Assembly: GCA_029564025.1 (NCBI GenBank)
Contig: JAKQQT010000213.1
Location: 1 to 61,855 of the forward strand
Origin: Armatimonadota bacterium
Lineage (GTDB): Bacteria > Armatimonadota > DTGP01 > JAKQQT01
Length of the DNA stretch: 61,855 nt
Direction: 5' to 3'
Below are positions 1 through 8,862 of the stretch, in pieces; positions within the stretch are counted from its first letter, which is position 1, and every line of letters begins with the position of its first letter. Below the pieces are notes generated by a model that did not search any database, was not told the origin of the DNA, and saw nothing but the letters and a program-made list of their open reading frames with translations. The position numbers and the translations under genes are program-made.

Positions 1-70
1 CGGCCGGATCGCCCAGCAGGCGCTCCAGTTCCACATAACGGGTCTCGACCTCTTCCAGTCGATCATACAT
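1..70 (-). CDS. prfA: peptide chain release factor 1, N-terminal fragment running off the window edge
   Basis: Too short for the ORF track. The minus-strand ATG at 70 reads MYDRLEEVETRYVELERLLGDPA..., which fits the conserved RF1 N-terminal helix (compare B. subtilis [24 protein letters not shown]). It lies 16 nt downstream of the DUF4127 stop. Confidence 0.5.
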   Translation of the reverse strand, partial: MYDRLEEVETRYVELERLLGDPA

Positions 71-86
71 CGAGTTCCGGTTCACG

Positions 87-1694
87 TTAATCGCTCGGTT
101 GCTGTTCGTCTGCCTGACCGCCCTCGACGCCGACCTCCAGGTCGATGCCAACCTCGAACATGCGGTCCCAGGGCAGGGTAACACCCTTCAGTTCCCAGCC
201 TTCCGGCCTGATGGTGGGGTCCGGACTGCTTCCCTGGTCGGCAAACCATTCGCCGAATATCTTCGAGCCGAGGGTATACAGGCGGCGTTCCACGTCTCCC
301 CGGGCCTTTTGAATATTCGAAGGCTTGTACGCATCCTCTCCCGCCGCCAGCAGTTCGTCCTGCAGTTCCGTCCGCACGACCGTCTGGTAGCCCCAATCCT
401 CCAACACCCGGTGGAACAGGAATGTCTGATGCGCGGCTTCACGGGCCAACGACTCGGACTGCGCGGAATGCACGCCTACCATTCGCATCGCCGCGTGCGC
501 CACAACCGTGCCGATCGTATTCGCGGCGGTGTTCCAACCGGCATACCCGGCCAGTTGCGGAAAACCGAGGAAACGCGGCAACAACGGCACCAATGCCGGA
601 TCGGCTCCGTTGCAATAAGCGACGTCCGCCACGGCGACCTGGTTCTTTCTCGCATAATGCCTCAAAGCGGACAAAAAGTCCGGAAGATTGCGACCGGGGG
701 TCTCTACCGTCGTTGATACATTATCCACGCCGGGATAGGACTGGCTCGTACCGGGCGTGTTGACGAACAGCATGATGTCGGCATCGCGAGGTGCATCGGC
801 AACCACTCCGCCCGCGCAGAACACCTCGCCGCGAACCGTCTGGTCCAGAGGACGGTCCTCAAACAGGGCCACGATGTTCGGGCCATTGGTGGAAGCGTAG
901 CGTGGAAAAAACGTCGGTGTATAACCTGCCAGGTGGCAGGCCGCTCGCGCAAGAAGGACCGAACCAACTTCGTCGGCTCCGGGATAAACGACCACACGGT
1001 CGCCGGCATTGGCTTCACGGATATCGGCTCGCAGAACCCTCTGCTCGCGGGCGGGCACGCCATACTCGGAAGCATCGTCCTGGCTCAGGAAAAGGAAATC
1101 AAGAACGCCTTCCGCGGCCATTTGAATCATCGCCCGGTTCACCGCGTGATTCCGCGAACGGCGGTTGAAGTAATCATCAACGGCGGCGGAATCGACTTTA
1201 GCTTTCAGGGCAGGCAACTCCGCTTCATCAGCGGCTTCGTGCAACCGTTCCACCCTGTCGGTCAGAACGGAGATGCGGTAGATATCCTGGCCGAAGCGGC
1301 TCCAGTACTCCGGCTCCTCGAAGTTCGAGTAGGAGTTGGCGGCGCGCATAATCACGTTGAAGCCGGCCAGATACAGGTCGGGTTTTCTGCGCCGGGCCTC
1401 GCGCAGGATATCCAGCCGGTCAATAACTTCCGCCGATGTTTCACCTCCGATTCTGCTCGGAATCAGGCCGCCGTATCCGAGAAGATCCACCGATACGACC
1501 ACAGCATCCGCCGCGCCGATACGGTCCAGGAACCAGTGCGACAACGCGCTCGTATTCCCCGGTTTCCGGTAAGCGGGCATCATCTCCGCCGGGGGCATCA
1601 AAAGGTCGACACCGGCAATGGGAGCCAGGTAGCGCGGATACCAGTAATTGCACGGACGTTCGTCCAGCGGCAAAAGCAATATTCGATGAGGCAT
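87..1694 (-). CDS. DUF4127 family protein (function unknown)
   Basis: ORF 87..1931 trimmed to the internal ATG at 1694 (MPHRILLLPLDERPCNYWYP...). The LPLDERPCN start is what I recall for DUF4127. The upstream 79 codons would overlap the preceding gene. Confidence 0.7.
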   Translation of the reverse strand: MPHRILLLPLDERPCNYWYPRYLAPIAGVDLLMPPAEMMPAYRKPGNTSALSHWFLDRIGAADAVVVSVDLLGYGGLIPSRIGGETSAEVIDRLDILREARRRKPDLYLAGFNVIMRAANSYSNFEEPEYWSRFGQDIYRISVLTDRVERLHEAADEAELPALKAKVDSAAVDDYFNRRSRNHAVNRAMIQMAAEGVLDFLFLSQDDASEYGVPAREQRVLRADIREANAGDRVVVYPGADEVGSVLLARAACHLAGYTPTFFPRYASTNGPNIVALFEDRPLDQTVRGEVFCAGGVVADAPRDADIMLFVNTPGTSQSYPGVDNVSTTVETPGRNLPDFLSALRHYARKNQVAVADVAYCNGADPALVPLLPRFLGFPQLAGYAGWNTAANTIGTVVAHAAMRMVGVHSAQSESLAREAAHQTFLFHRVLEDWGYQTVVRTELQDELLAAGEDAYKPSNIQKARGDVERRLYTLGSKIFGEWFADQGSSPDPTIRPEGWELKGVTLPWDRMFEVGIDLEVGVEGGQADEQQPSD

Positions 1695-1710
1695 GCGTTC
1701 GTCCTTCAGC

Positions 1711-2901
1711 TCAGCGGAAGCGCTCTTCCGGTATTCGTTCCAGCAGTTTCCAGCAGTACCACTGCATGCGCGGCAGATGGAAAGGTCCTTTCCACATGTT
1801 ACCTTTAAGCCGACTGGCAACGGTTCCGTCGCGGTGCAGATAGCCGAACCAGTCTCCGTACAGCGGATCCGGAAAGTGCGCGTAGGTCCAGTCGTGCACC
1901 TGTGCATGGCGGCGTTCGTACTTCGCATCACCCGTCAGTTCCCAGGCCAGCAGGTTCGCGATGATGGCTTCGTTGTGGTTCCACCAGAACTTCATGTCCT
2001 GCCAGTATTCCGGATTCGGCAGACCTCTGCAGTCCTTGAAGTACAAGATTCCGCCAAAATCTCTGTCCCATCCGAGTTCATAAGACCAGTCGATGATCTT
2101 GAGCCCCAGTTTCTCCAGCGCTGTGTCACCGCCTCGCAGTCGGGCTTCTTCCAGAATGAACCACCCGGCTTCCAGCGAATGACCGGGATTCACTGTCCGG
2201 CCCTCGAAGTTGTCAATAAACTCACCGTTCGGACCAACCATTTCGAGAACGCAACTGAACTCGGGTTTCACGAAGTCGCGTTCAATCTCCGCGATACATT
2301 GGTCGATAACTTCGTTGCACAGGGGGTTACGAGTGGCCTTGCGGAGTTCTTGAGCCGTCACAATTAAGACCATCAGCATCGCAAGACCCTTGGCCGGTCG
2401 TACTTCGGAATTCGTCTTCGGTTCCAGCAATCCTGGCGTGTTGTGGTACTTCAACATCAGGTTGAAGACATCCGTTGCCTTGTCCAGGCTGGCTTGATCA
2501 CCCGTTGCCGTTCCGTACGCCGCCAGTGCAACCACAGCGAACGATTCCGAAAACAGGTAGCGCCGTTTCCTCAGTGGAGCGCCTTCCCGGGTGACGGTGA
2601 AGAACATCCGACCGTCTTCGTCGAAGCAGTGCCGGATCATAAAATCCACGCCAGCGCGGGCCGCATCCAGCCACTCGGTCTTCTTCTGCACGGTGTTGTA
2701 CAACGTGGAGAGCATCCAGACGAACCGGCCCTGGAACCAGACGGACTTGTCGGTCTGAAGCCAGGTCCCGTCCTGATCGACGGAAGTGATGTAGCCACCG
2801 TGCTCGCGGTCGACTGCGTGCTCAAGCCAAAAGGGGATGGTATCGTCTAGCAGTCCGTCGCGATAGGTAGCGATCAAAGAGTTCCGTCGTTCAGGGGTCA
2901 T
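1711..2901 (-). CDS. N-acylglucosamine 2-epimerase (AGE) superfamily epimerase/isomerase
   Basis: 396 aa with typical AGE/RENBP features (IPFWLEHAVDREHGGY, (alpha/alpha)6-barrel-type repeats, WWNHNEA, GDWFGYLHRDG). Substrate cannot be assigned. Confidence 0.85.
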   Translation of the reverse strand: MTPERRNSLIATYRDGLLDDTIPFWLEHAVDREHGGYITSVDQDGTWLQTDKSVWFQGRFVWMLSTLYNTVQKKTEWLDAARAGVDFMIRHCFDEDGRMFFTVTREGAPLRKRRYLFSESFAVVALAAYGTATGDQASLDKATDVFNLMLKYHNTPGLLEPKTNSEVRPAKGLAMLMVLIVTAQELRKATRNPLCNEVIDQCIAEIERDFVKPEFSCVLEMVGPNGEFIDNFEGRTVNPGHSLEAGWFILEEARLRGGDTALEKLGLKIIDWSYELGWDRDFGGILYFKDCRGLPNPEYWQDMKFWWNHNEAIIANLLAWELTGDAKYERRHAQVHDWTYAHFPDPLYGDWFGYLHRDGTVASRLKGNMWKGPFHLPRMQWYCWKLLERIPEERFR

Positions 2902-3066
2902 CGGAGTCCTTCTTTTGTGGAGGTTGGGCGTTGTGCCAAATCAGTTTATGGGCACGCGTGCTCGGGTGTCAACGTCTCGACAACCTTCGCCTTACGGGCT
3001 CGCGGTGCTATTAATGAAATGACCAAATGGTAGAATTGCCCGGCTCAACCGGAACGGAACCTGAAA

Positions 3067-3297
3067 ATGGACGACGAATACGAGTACATTGCGAGCGAGG
3101 ATACGGCATCGAACAATCCGCTGGACGACGACCTGATGACCTATATGATGTTCTTCGCGGACGAGGAAGAAGCGCAGGCACGGGCGTCGCACGGTGCTCA
3201 CAATCATACACAACCGAATTACGGATGCGTTGTCGTTGCAATCGCCGCTGTGATTGTCGTAGTCCTGCTCTTTCTATACGTGTTGTTCCAATCATGA
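3067..3297 (+). CDS. hypothetical small protein with an acidic N-terminus and a C-terminal transmembrane helix
   Basis: 76-aa ORF. The N-terminal half is D/E-rich and the C-terminus reads VVVAIAAVIVVVLLFLYVLF. An extended -10-like TGGTAGAAT sits at 3028..3036. The 3' end overlaps the uvrC stop by 6 nt. No homology recognised. Confidence 0.3.
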   Translation: MDDEYEYIASEDTASNNPLDDDLMTYMMFFADEEEAQARASHGAHNHTQPNYGCVVVAIAAVIVVVLLFLYVLFQS

Positions 3298-5166
3298 CTC
3301 GGCGGGAGGCTCCGGAAAGTCGCTCCAGGAAGCAATCAGGTCCCGCATATGGTGAAACACCGCCTCGGCGGTGGTTCTTGTCATTCCTTTCACAGACGCA
3401 ATTTCCTCCACGGACGCCTTCGAAAGGGACGCCATATCTCGGAACTTGCGCATCAGGGCGATCCGGCGTTTGACTCCGACTCCCGGCACATCATCCAGCA
3501 GGCTCTTCAAAGCGCTCTGACCCCGCAATTTTCTGTGGAATGTTATTCCGAAACGGTGGGCTTCGTCACGAAGCCTCTGGCACAACTGAAGCCCACGATG
3601 GTCGCGGGAAAGGACAAGAGGTCTTGATCGGCCGGGCAGGTAGATCTCTTCATCGCGCTTGGCCAGACCGGCGATCGGAATCAGGGCGCCTTCACGATCG
3701 AGGATTTCCTTCGCGGCGTTCAACTGTCCCTTGCCTCCGTCAACAAGGATGAGGTCCGGCAGTCTCTCAAAACCCGGACGCAATTCCTTAGCGGCCGCAA
3801 GACGCCGGGAAAGTGTTTCCTGCATGGCGGCAAAGTCGTTCGGCCCGATAACGGTGCGGATTTTGAACTTTCGGTAATCCGACTTCTTCGACTCGCCGTC
3901 CTCAAAAACCACCATCGCGCCGACCATTCCCGTTCCCTGGGTATTGCTGATGTCGTAACACTCAATCCGGTGAGGAACACCGGGCAGTTCCAACGCATCC
4001 TGCAAAGCCGCCATTGCCTCTTCCGCGCGCGTAAGCCGAACGGCAAGTCGGCCCATTTGCTCTTTCAGGGCGTATCCGGCGTTGGAAGCCGCAAGTTCCA
4101 CCAGGCGTTTCTTGTCGCCGCGTTCCGGTGTATGGACAACCACCTTGCTACCACGTTTCTGTCGCAGAAAAGACTCCATGATGTGCATTTCATCAAACCC
4201 AAGGGGTAGCAATACCTCGCGAGGTACGTACGGCGCATCCGAGTAATACTGGGCCACGAATTGCTGTAACTGCTCTTCGACGGTTTCGTTTTCGGCGCCT
4301 TCCAGAAAGAAGTGCTCCTGGCCAATCAGTTTTCCTTCCCGAATGAAGAACATCTGCACACAGGCAGACCCGTCGTCGGTTGCCAGGGCGATCACGTCGT
4401 GCTCTTCCATCCGCGTGGAGAGAACCCTTTGCTGTTCCGAAAGGCGCTCCACGGCGGCCATCTGGTCTCGCAAGCGCGCGGCTTCCTCAAATTGCTCGTG
4501 TTCAGCCGCCTCGGCCATGCGTTCCTTCAACCGCTTGACAACGTCGCGCGAACGGCCTTCGAGAAACGAGGCAACCTCCTCCGCCTGGCTTCTGTACTGC
4601 TCCGGCGACACAAATCCGGCGCACGGCGCCGAACACTGACCGATGTGGTAGTACAGGCATGGGCGTATGTGGTGAATCCCGTCGAACGCCAGATCGCATG
4701 GGCGTATCTGAAACACATCACGTATCACGCGCATGGTCTTGTACACGGCCTGGCTGTCCGTATACGGGCCGAAGTAGCGGTTCTTGTCGCGCTTGACGCG
4801 GCGCGTGATGATCACGCGGGGGAATTCCTCCGCCATCGTCACCATCAAATACGGGTAATGCTTGTCATCACGCAGGCGCACATTGAATGGCGGTCGATGC
4901 TTCTTGATGAGGTTGCATTCGAGGATCAGGGCTTCCAGTTCGGAGTCGGTAACGATCCATTCCAGGTCTGAAACGCGCCCCACCATGCGGTGAATCTTAG
5001 GAGTCCTGGCGCTTCCCTTCTGGAAGTACGACCTTACGCGCGACTTCAGGTTGACGGCTTTGCCGACGTACAGAACCTGCCCCTGTGCGTCCTTGTGCAT
5101 ATAGACGCCCGGCCGGTCCGGTAAGGCCTTCAGCTTTTCACGGATATGTTCCGATATCTCCGGCAT
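3292..5166 (-). CDS. uvrC: excinuclease ABC subunit C
   Basis: 624 aa with a GIY-YIG N-terminus (PGVYMHKDAQGQVLYVGKAVNLKSRVRSYF), a UVR domain, an RNase H-like endonuclease domain and a C-terminal HhH. Confidence 0.97.
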   Translation of the reverse strand: MPEISEHIREKLKALPDRPGVYMHKDAQGQVLYVGKAVNLKSRVRSYFQKGSARTPKIHRMVGRVSDLEWIVTDSELEALILECNLIKKHRPPFNVRLRDDKHYPYLMVTMAEEFPRVIITRRVKRDKNRYFGPYTDSQAVYKTMRVIRDVFQIRPCDLAFDGIHHIRPCLYYHIGQCSAPCAGFVSPEQYRSQAEEVASFLEGRSRDVVKRLKERMAEAAEHEQFEEAARLRDQMAAVERLSEQQRVLSTRMEEHDVIALATDDGSACVQMFFIREGKLIGQEHFFLEGAENETVEEQLQQFVAQYYSDAPYVPREVLLPLGFDEMHIMESFLRQKRGSKVVVHTPERGDKKRLVELAASNAGYALKEQMGRLAVRLTRAEEAMAALQDALELPGVPHRIECYDISNTQGTGMVGAMVVFEDGESKKSDYRKFKIRTVIGPNDFAAMQETLSRRLAAAKELRPGFERLPDLILVDGGKGQLNAAKEILDREGALIPIAGLAKRDEEIYLPGRSRPLVLSRDHRGLQLCQRLRDEAHRFGITFHRKLRGQSALKSLLDDVPGVGVKRRIALMRKFRDMASLSKASVEEIASVKGMTRTTAEAVFHHMRDLIASWSDFPEPPAES

Positions 5167-5178
5167 GATAAATCAGGT

Positions 5179-6330
5179 TCAGTCCCTTCTCGTGATGATG
5201 ATGGTGTGCTCGCGGCGTGGAAGCCTTCCAGGTCCGGCGTCCTGCAATCCCGGTATCAGATCGATCCGGAAAGAGCCCAGATCCGGACGCCCCTGGAGAC
5301 GCCATCCATCCAGGCGTGACCATAGTTCCTTATCCGGTCCTTCACCGTAAACAATCCAGCGTCCGGATGAAGCGATGAACGCTATGCCGTTGTCGTCGCA
5401 CAATCCAACGGCCGGCCCCTGCCACGGCGCGCCCGGTCCATGCCCCCAGACACGCACGAGGTGCTCCGCCCCTTCTGTCATCAACAACCACATGACAAGA
5501 CCTTCGAACACGTCCGGGTCCCCTACCCCCCACAGCCTCTCCTGCCGTGACGGTCCGGCCAGCCAGCGGTCAAACGTGCGGCGGTGCGGCAGGCGGTCTT
5601 CCTCACCAAATAGGACACCGATGCCTCTTCCGTTGTCACTTAGGCTGATGTGCGGATTCGGGTGCGCCATCGCACCCTGAAAGCGGACAAACGCGCACGG
5701 AGCGGCGGAACAACCGCGAAGGGATCGATTTTCAACGTTCCACTTGCAGGAGTATTCTTCACCGAGGATGGAGAGGGGCGCCACCAGCACGGCTTCGGAA
5801 GCAGACTGACGAATCCACGCGTCGGGAACATCCCACACCGCCACCGTTGCGATGATGCGGTCATAAGGTTCACTGCCAGGCCAGCCGAGGGCACCGTCGG
5901 CTTGATGGACGCGCGCCCGACTGCCGATGGACGCCAGCGCCCGAGTGGCCATATTCGCGGCAGTCGGATCGATTTCTATGGTGTCAACCGTGCCTTCGGG
6001 GCCCGCTACTTCGGCGATAATCGCCGCGTTGTACCCCGTGCCGGCTCCGATCTCAAGTACTCGGTGGCCGGGTTTCAGGTCCAACTGCTCCAGCATAAAC
6101 GCCATCATGCCCGGCTGACTGCTGGTGGTAATCTGGTCGCCCCGCCCGTCGAACACCGGCACTGTCGAGTCGATGTAAACCTCCGCCGGTGACGCTTCCG
6201 GGACGAACGCCTCTCTTGGCACTTCGGCGAAGGCCCGAATCAGGGGTTCCGACCGCAAAGTGCCGGCACGGGTCAGGCGGTCAACCAGCAACAGCCTCTC
6301 TCTTCGCATGCGGTCGGGCTCAGCGGGCAT
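5179..6330 (-). CDS. protein-L-isoaspartate O-methyltransferase-like protein with a ~165-aa C-terminal extension
   Basis: The N-terminal ~210 aa carry PIMT motifs (TTSSQPGMMAFMLEQLDL, SAM-binding VLEIGAGTGYNAA, YDRIIATVAV). The remaining ~165 aa have no motif I recognise. The stop lies 12 nt upstream of the uvrC ATG. Confidence 0.85.
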   Translation of the reverse strand: MPAEPDRMRRERLLLVDRLTRAGTLRSEPLIRAFAEVPREAFVPEASPAEVYIDSTVPVFDGRGDQITTSSQPGMMAFMLEQLDLKPGHRVLEIGAGTGYNAAIIAEVAGPEGTVDTIEIDPTAANMATRALASIGSRARVHQADGALGWPGSEPYDRIIATVAVWDVPDAWIRQSASEAVLVAPLSILGEEYSCKWNVENRSLRGCSAAPCAFVRFQGAMAHPNPHISLSDNGRGIGVLFGEEDRLPHRRTFDRWLAGPSRQERLWGVGDPDVFEGLVMWLLMTEGAEHLVRVWGHGPGAPWQGPAVGLCDDNGIAFIASSGRWIVYGEGPDKELWSRLDGWRLQGRPDLGSFRIDLIPGLQDAGPGRLPRREHTIIITRRD

Positions 6331-6486
6331 CGGTCCACGCTCCCTCGGCTGAAAACTCCAACAAATTTCAAGAAATAGTTGAAAAAAGTGGTTGAATGTG
6401 TTTTTACAACGTATTATGTGGGTAGAAGAGAGGAGAATCGCTCCTCCCGACGAACCAACCGGATCACGAGCGGAGGTGACGCGGCT

Positions 6487-6948
6487 ATGAAACCATATCT
6501 CATCATGGCGGTCGTTGCGATTGCGTTTGTTGTCGGCAGTGACGCCGTGGCTCAGGGAATGAGCAGTGCCAACTACCGGATACCTTCCAGCGTCATCGCT
6601 TCCGGCGGCGCAACGATGACCTCCACCAACTACACCCTCACTGCAACCGTGGGAGAACCGGTTGTCGGTCCCAGCACGGGCGTAAACGTCAAACTTAATG
6701 CGGGATTTATCGCCACCCTGATGTCGGTCATCGGCACAAAGGGTGATGTGAACCGCGACGGAGTGATTGACGCCACCGACGTCAACATACTCCTCAAGAT
6801 CACCGGCGGGCTAAAGAACAGCGCTGATCTGGACGTGGATTTCATCAACGGAGACGTGAATCCTCCGACGCCTGATGGATTGATCACGCTCGAAGACGCC
6901 GTTCGCCTGCTCAGGTACGTCAACGGACTTTATCCGGGCGGGCTGTAA
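6487..6948 (+). CDS. secreted dockerin-repeat protein
   Basis: ORF 6379..6948 trimmed to the ATG at 6487, which is preceded by GGAGGT. It has a signal peptide (MKPYLIMAVVAIAFVVGSDAVAQG) and SxNY repeats (SSANYRIPS, STNYTLTATVGEP). Two dockerin-type Ca-binding segments follow (GDVNRDGVIDATDVNILLK; GDVNPPTPDGLITLEDAVRLLRY). Confidence 0.75.
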   Translation: MKPYLIMAVVAIAFVVGSDAVAQGMSSANYRIPSSVIASGGATMTSTNYTLTATVGEPVVGPSTGVNVKLNAGFIATLMSVIGTKGDVNRDGVIDATDVNILLKITGGLKNSADLDVDFINGDVNPPTPDGLITLEDAVRLLRYVNGLYPGGL

Positions 6949-7007
6949 AGTCTGCCTATTCCGGACGCCCGCGCCCAGGCAATGAGGGCTGGGCGCCGGG
7001 GCACGTG

Positions 7008-7047
7008 GAGCGGGTCGGCAAACGCGGAGTGCCGGCCCGCTCTTTCT
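7008..7047 (+). terminator. putative intrinsic terminator after the dockerin gene (may act on both convergent genes)
   Basis: 12-bp stem GAGCGGGTCGGC / GCCGGCCCGCTC (one G-U pair) followed by TTTCTATT. It overlaps the ribF stop. A second hairpin, GCGCCCAG...CTGGGCGC, lies at 6971..6996. Confidence 0.5.
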
Positions 7048-7978
7048 ATTGCGCGGCGTCGATGTCGCGCCGAATCTGCGACTTCAGTTCCTCCAGCGAA
7101 TCGAACTTCATCTCATCACGCAAACGCCGGATGAAAGCCACTTTTATATCCGCCCCGTACAGATCACCCGACCAACCCGGGATATGAACTTCCAGAACCG
7201 GCTGTTCTGCCAAGGAGTTCATTGTCGGCCGCAGTCCGATGTTCGCCACGCCCGGATAGTCGTGTCTGTCTCCATTGGAATCCTTCCAAGAGGACCGCAC
7301 GACATACACCCCGTTCCCCGGTAGAACCGTTCTGTCGGATACACGCAGATTCGCGGTAGGAAAGCCGAGAGTCCGGCCCAATTGCCGGCCCTTCACAACC
7401 GGACCCGTCACGTCGTATGGCCGCTGTAACATCATGGTGGCGCGCTCAATATCGCCCCGGTACAGAGCCTCCCGGATATCGTAACTGCTGATCCTGTGTC
7501 CTTCCAGAAGGACCGTGGGCACCACAGTAACGCCGAAACTGCCGTTCGAGCGCAGAGTATCGAGATTGCCTGTCCGATCCTTCCCGTAGCGGAAGTCCTC
7601 GCCGGCAACGATCCAGGCAACCGGAATGCGTTCGACCAGTATTTCGTGCTCAAAACGTTCGGCTGGCCATTGCAATATCCCGGAATGCACACCCAGGACG
7701 AGGCAGAAGTTCGGCCCGAATTCCGACAACAACTCCAGTTTGCGTTCCAGAGGTGTGAGCAACGGCGGCGCCGAGCCTGGTCGGACGGCTTCCATCGGGT
7801 GCGCGTCGAACGTGACCAAACCCCAAGCGCATTCCTTTCCGTCTTCCGCTAGTATGGCGGCTTGTTTTCGCGCGGCGGAAAGCAGGCAAGCGTGGCCGTA
7901 ATGGACACCGTCGAACTTGCCTATCGCGACCACGGCGCGACTGACATCGACTTTGCTGTCGTCCCTGATGACAATCAT
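7046..7978 (-). CDS. ribF: bifunctional riboflavin kinase / FMN adenylyltransferase
   Basis: ORF trimmed to the ATG at 7978, which forms an ATGA overlap with the truB stop. Motifs include VAIGKFDGVHYGH, GFPTANL and a riboflavin kinase C-terminal domain. Confidence 0.93.
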   Translation of the reverse strand: MIVIRDDSKVDVSRAVVAIGKFDGVHYGHACLLSAARKQAAILAEDGKECAWGLVTFDAHPMEAVRPGSAPPLLTPLERKLELLSEFGPNFCLVLGVHSGILQWPAERFEHEILVERIPVAWIVAGEDFRYGKDRTGNLDTLRSNGSFGVTVVPTVLLEGHRISSYDIREALYRGDIERATMMLQRPYDVTGPVVKGRQLGRTLGFPTANLRVSDRTVLPGNGVYVVRSSWKDSNGDRHDYPGVANIGLRPTMNSLAEQPVLEVHIPGWSGDLYGADIKVAFIRRLRDEMKFDSLEELKSQIRRDIDAAQ

Positions 7979-8847
7979 TGGGACTGCTCCGGAAAGACCT
8001 TCTCGGGCCGATACATATCGCCGGTACGACGGAGCACGGCACACAACCGTCCATCATACAGAAATGCCGCGAACTCGCCGTTCCCATCGGCAGGAATCGC
8101 CCGTCCGTGGCTGATCTCCGTCCACGTCTCCGCACTGCCTTCTATGCGAGGCCATTCCGCCGGAAGAAGGTATTGTGAAGCCCGAACGAATTGCCCCGGG
8201 TGTTCCGCCATCGCCTCAATCGAAACTCCGTCAGCCACTGAAAAAACCCCAACAGCGGTTCTTCTCAACGATTGCAGAAAACCACCGGTTCCCAGCGCGG
8301 CTCCGATATCGTGGCACAGGGTTCGCACATACGTGCCCGAAGAACAGGATACTTCCAACGCGGCAACGGCCTTCTCACCAGGTTCGAAAGAAAGAACACT
8401 GATGGAATGAATGGTTACCGGCCGGGCGGGAACGTCCACGACTATACCCTGCCGCGCCAGTTCGTGAAGCCTCCTGCCTTCGTGGTGAACCGCCGAGACC
8501 ATCGGGGGCACTTGCTTTATCTCACCTGCGAATCCCGCGGCACAAGCTTCAAACGCCTCACGCGTAACAGTGGACGCATCCACGATCTGAAGTACCTTTC
8601 CGGAGGCGTCCTGCGTGCTTGTGGTAATACCGAAACACATAATCGCGCTGTAACGCTTGAGATAACCGGAGGTGTATTCGGCCAGACGTGTGGCGTTACC
8701 GAGAAGAACGATCAGGACACCGGTTGCGTCGGGGTCCAGTGTGCCGGCGTGGCCGACGCGCTTCTGGCGGAAAGCCTTCCGTACGCGCGCGACGATATCG
8801 TGCGAGGTGTGACCGGCGGGTTTGTCTATAACTAGAAAACCGTCCAT
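7975..8847 (-). CDS. truB: tRNA pseudouridine(55) synthase
   Basis: Reads MDGFLVIDKPAGHTSHDIV...GHAGTLDPDATGVL, which includes the catalytic Asp motif. Confidence 0.95.
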   Translation of the reverse strand: MDGFLVIDKPAGHTSHDIVARVRKAFRQKRVGHAGTLDPDATGVLIVLLGNATRLAEYTSGYLKRYSAIMCFGITTSTQDASGKVLQIVDASTVTREAFEACAAGFAGEIKQVPPMVSAVHHEGRRLHELARQGIVVDVPARPVTIHSISVLSFEPGEKAVAALEVSCSSGTYVRTLCHDIGAALGTGGFLQSLRRTAVGVFSVADGVSIEAMAEHPGQFVRASQYLLPAEWPRIEGSAETWTEISHGRAIPADGNGEFAAFLYDGRLCAVLRRTGDMYRPEKVFPEQSQ

Positions 8848-8862
8848 ATCGAGGCGTTCCGG

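Noticed and set aside
87-1931. Long N-terminally extended versions of many track ORFs (for example 87..1931, 17948..20581, 22347.., 23308.., 24531.., 25753.., 26896.., 49977..51095, 51076..)
   Set aside because: The extensions overlap upstream genes or intergenic promoters and lack RBSs. Internal ATG/GTG starts give canonical N-termini, signal peptides or stop-start coupling, so trimmed coordinates were used.
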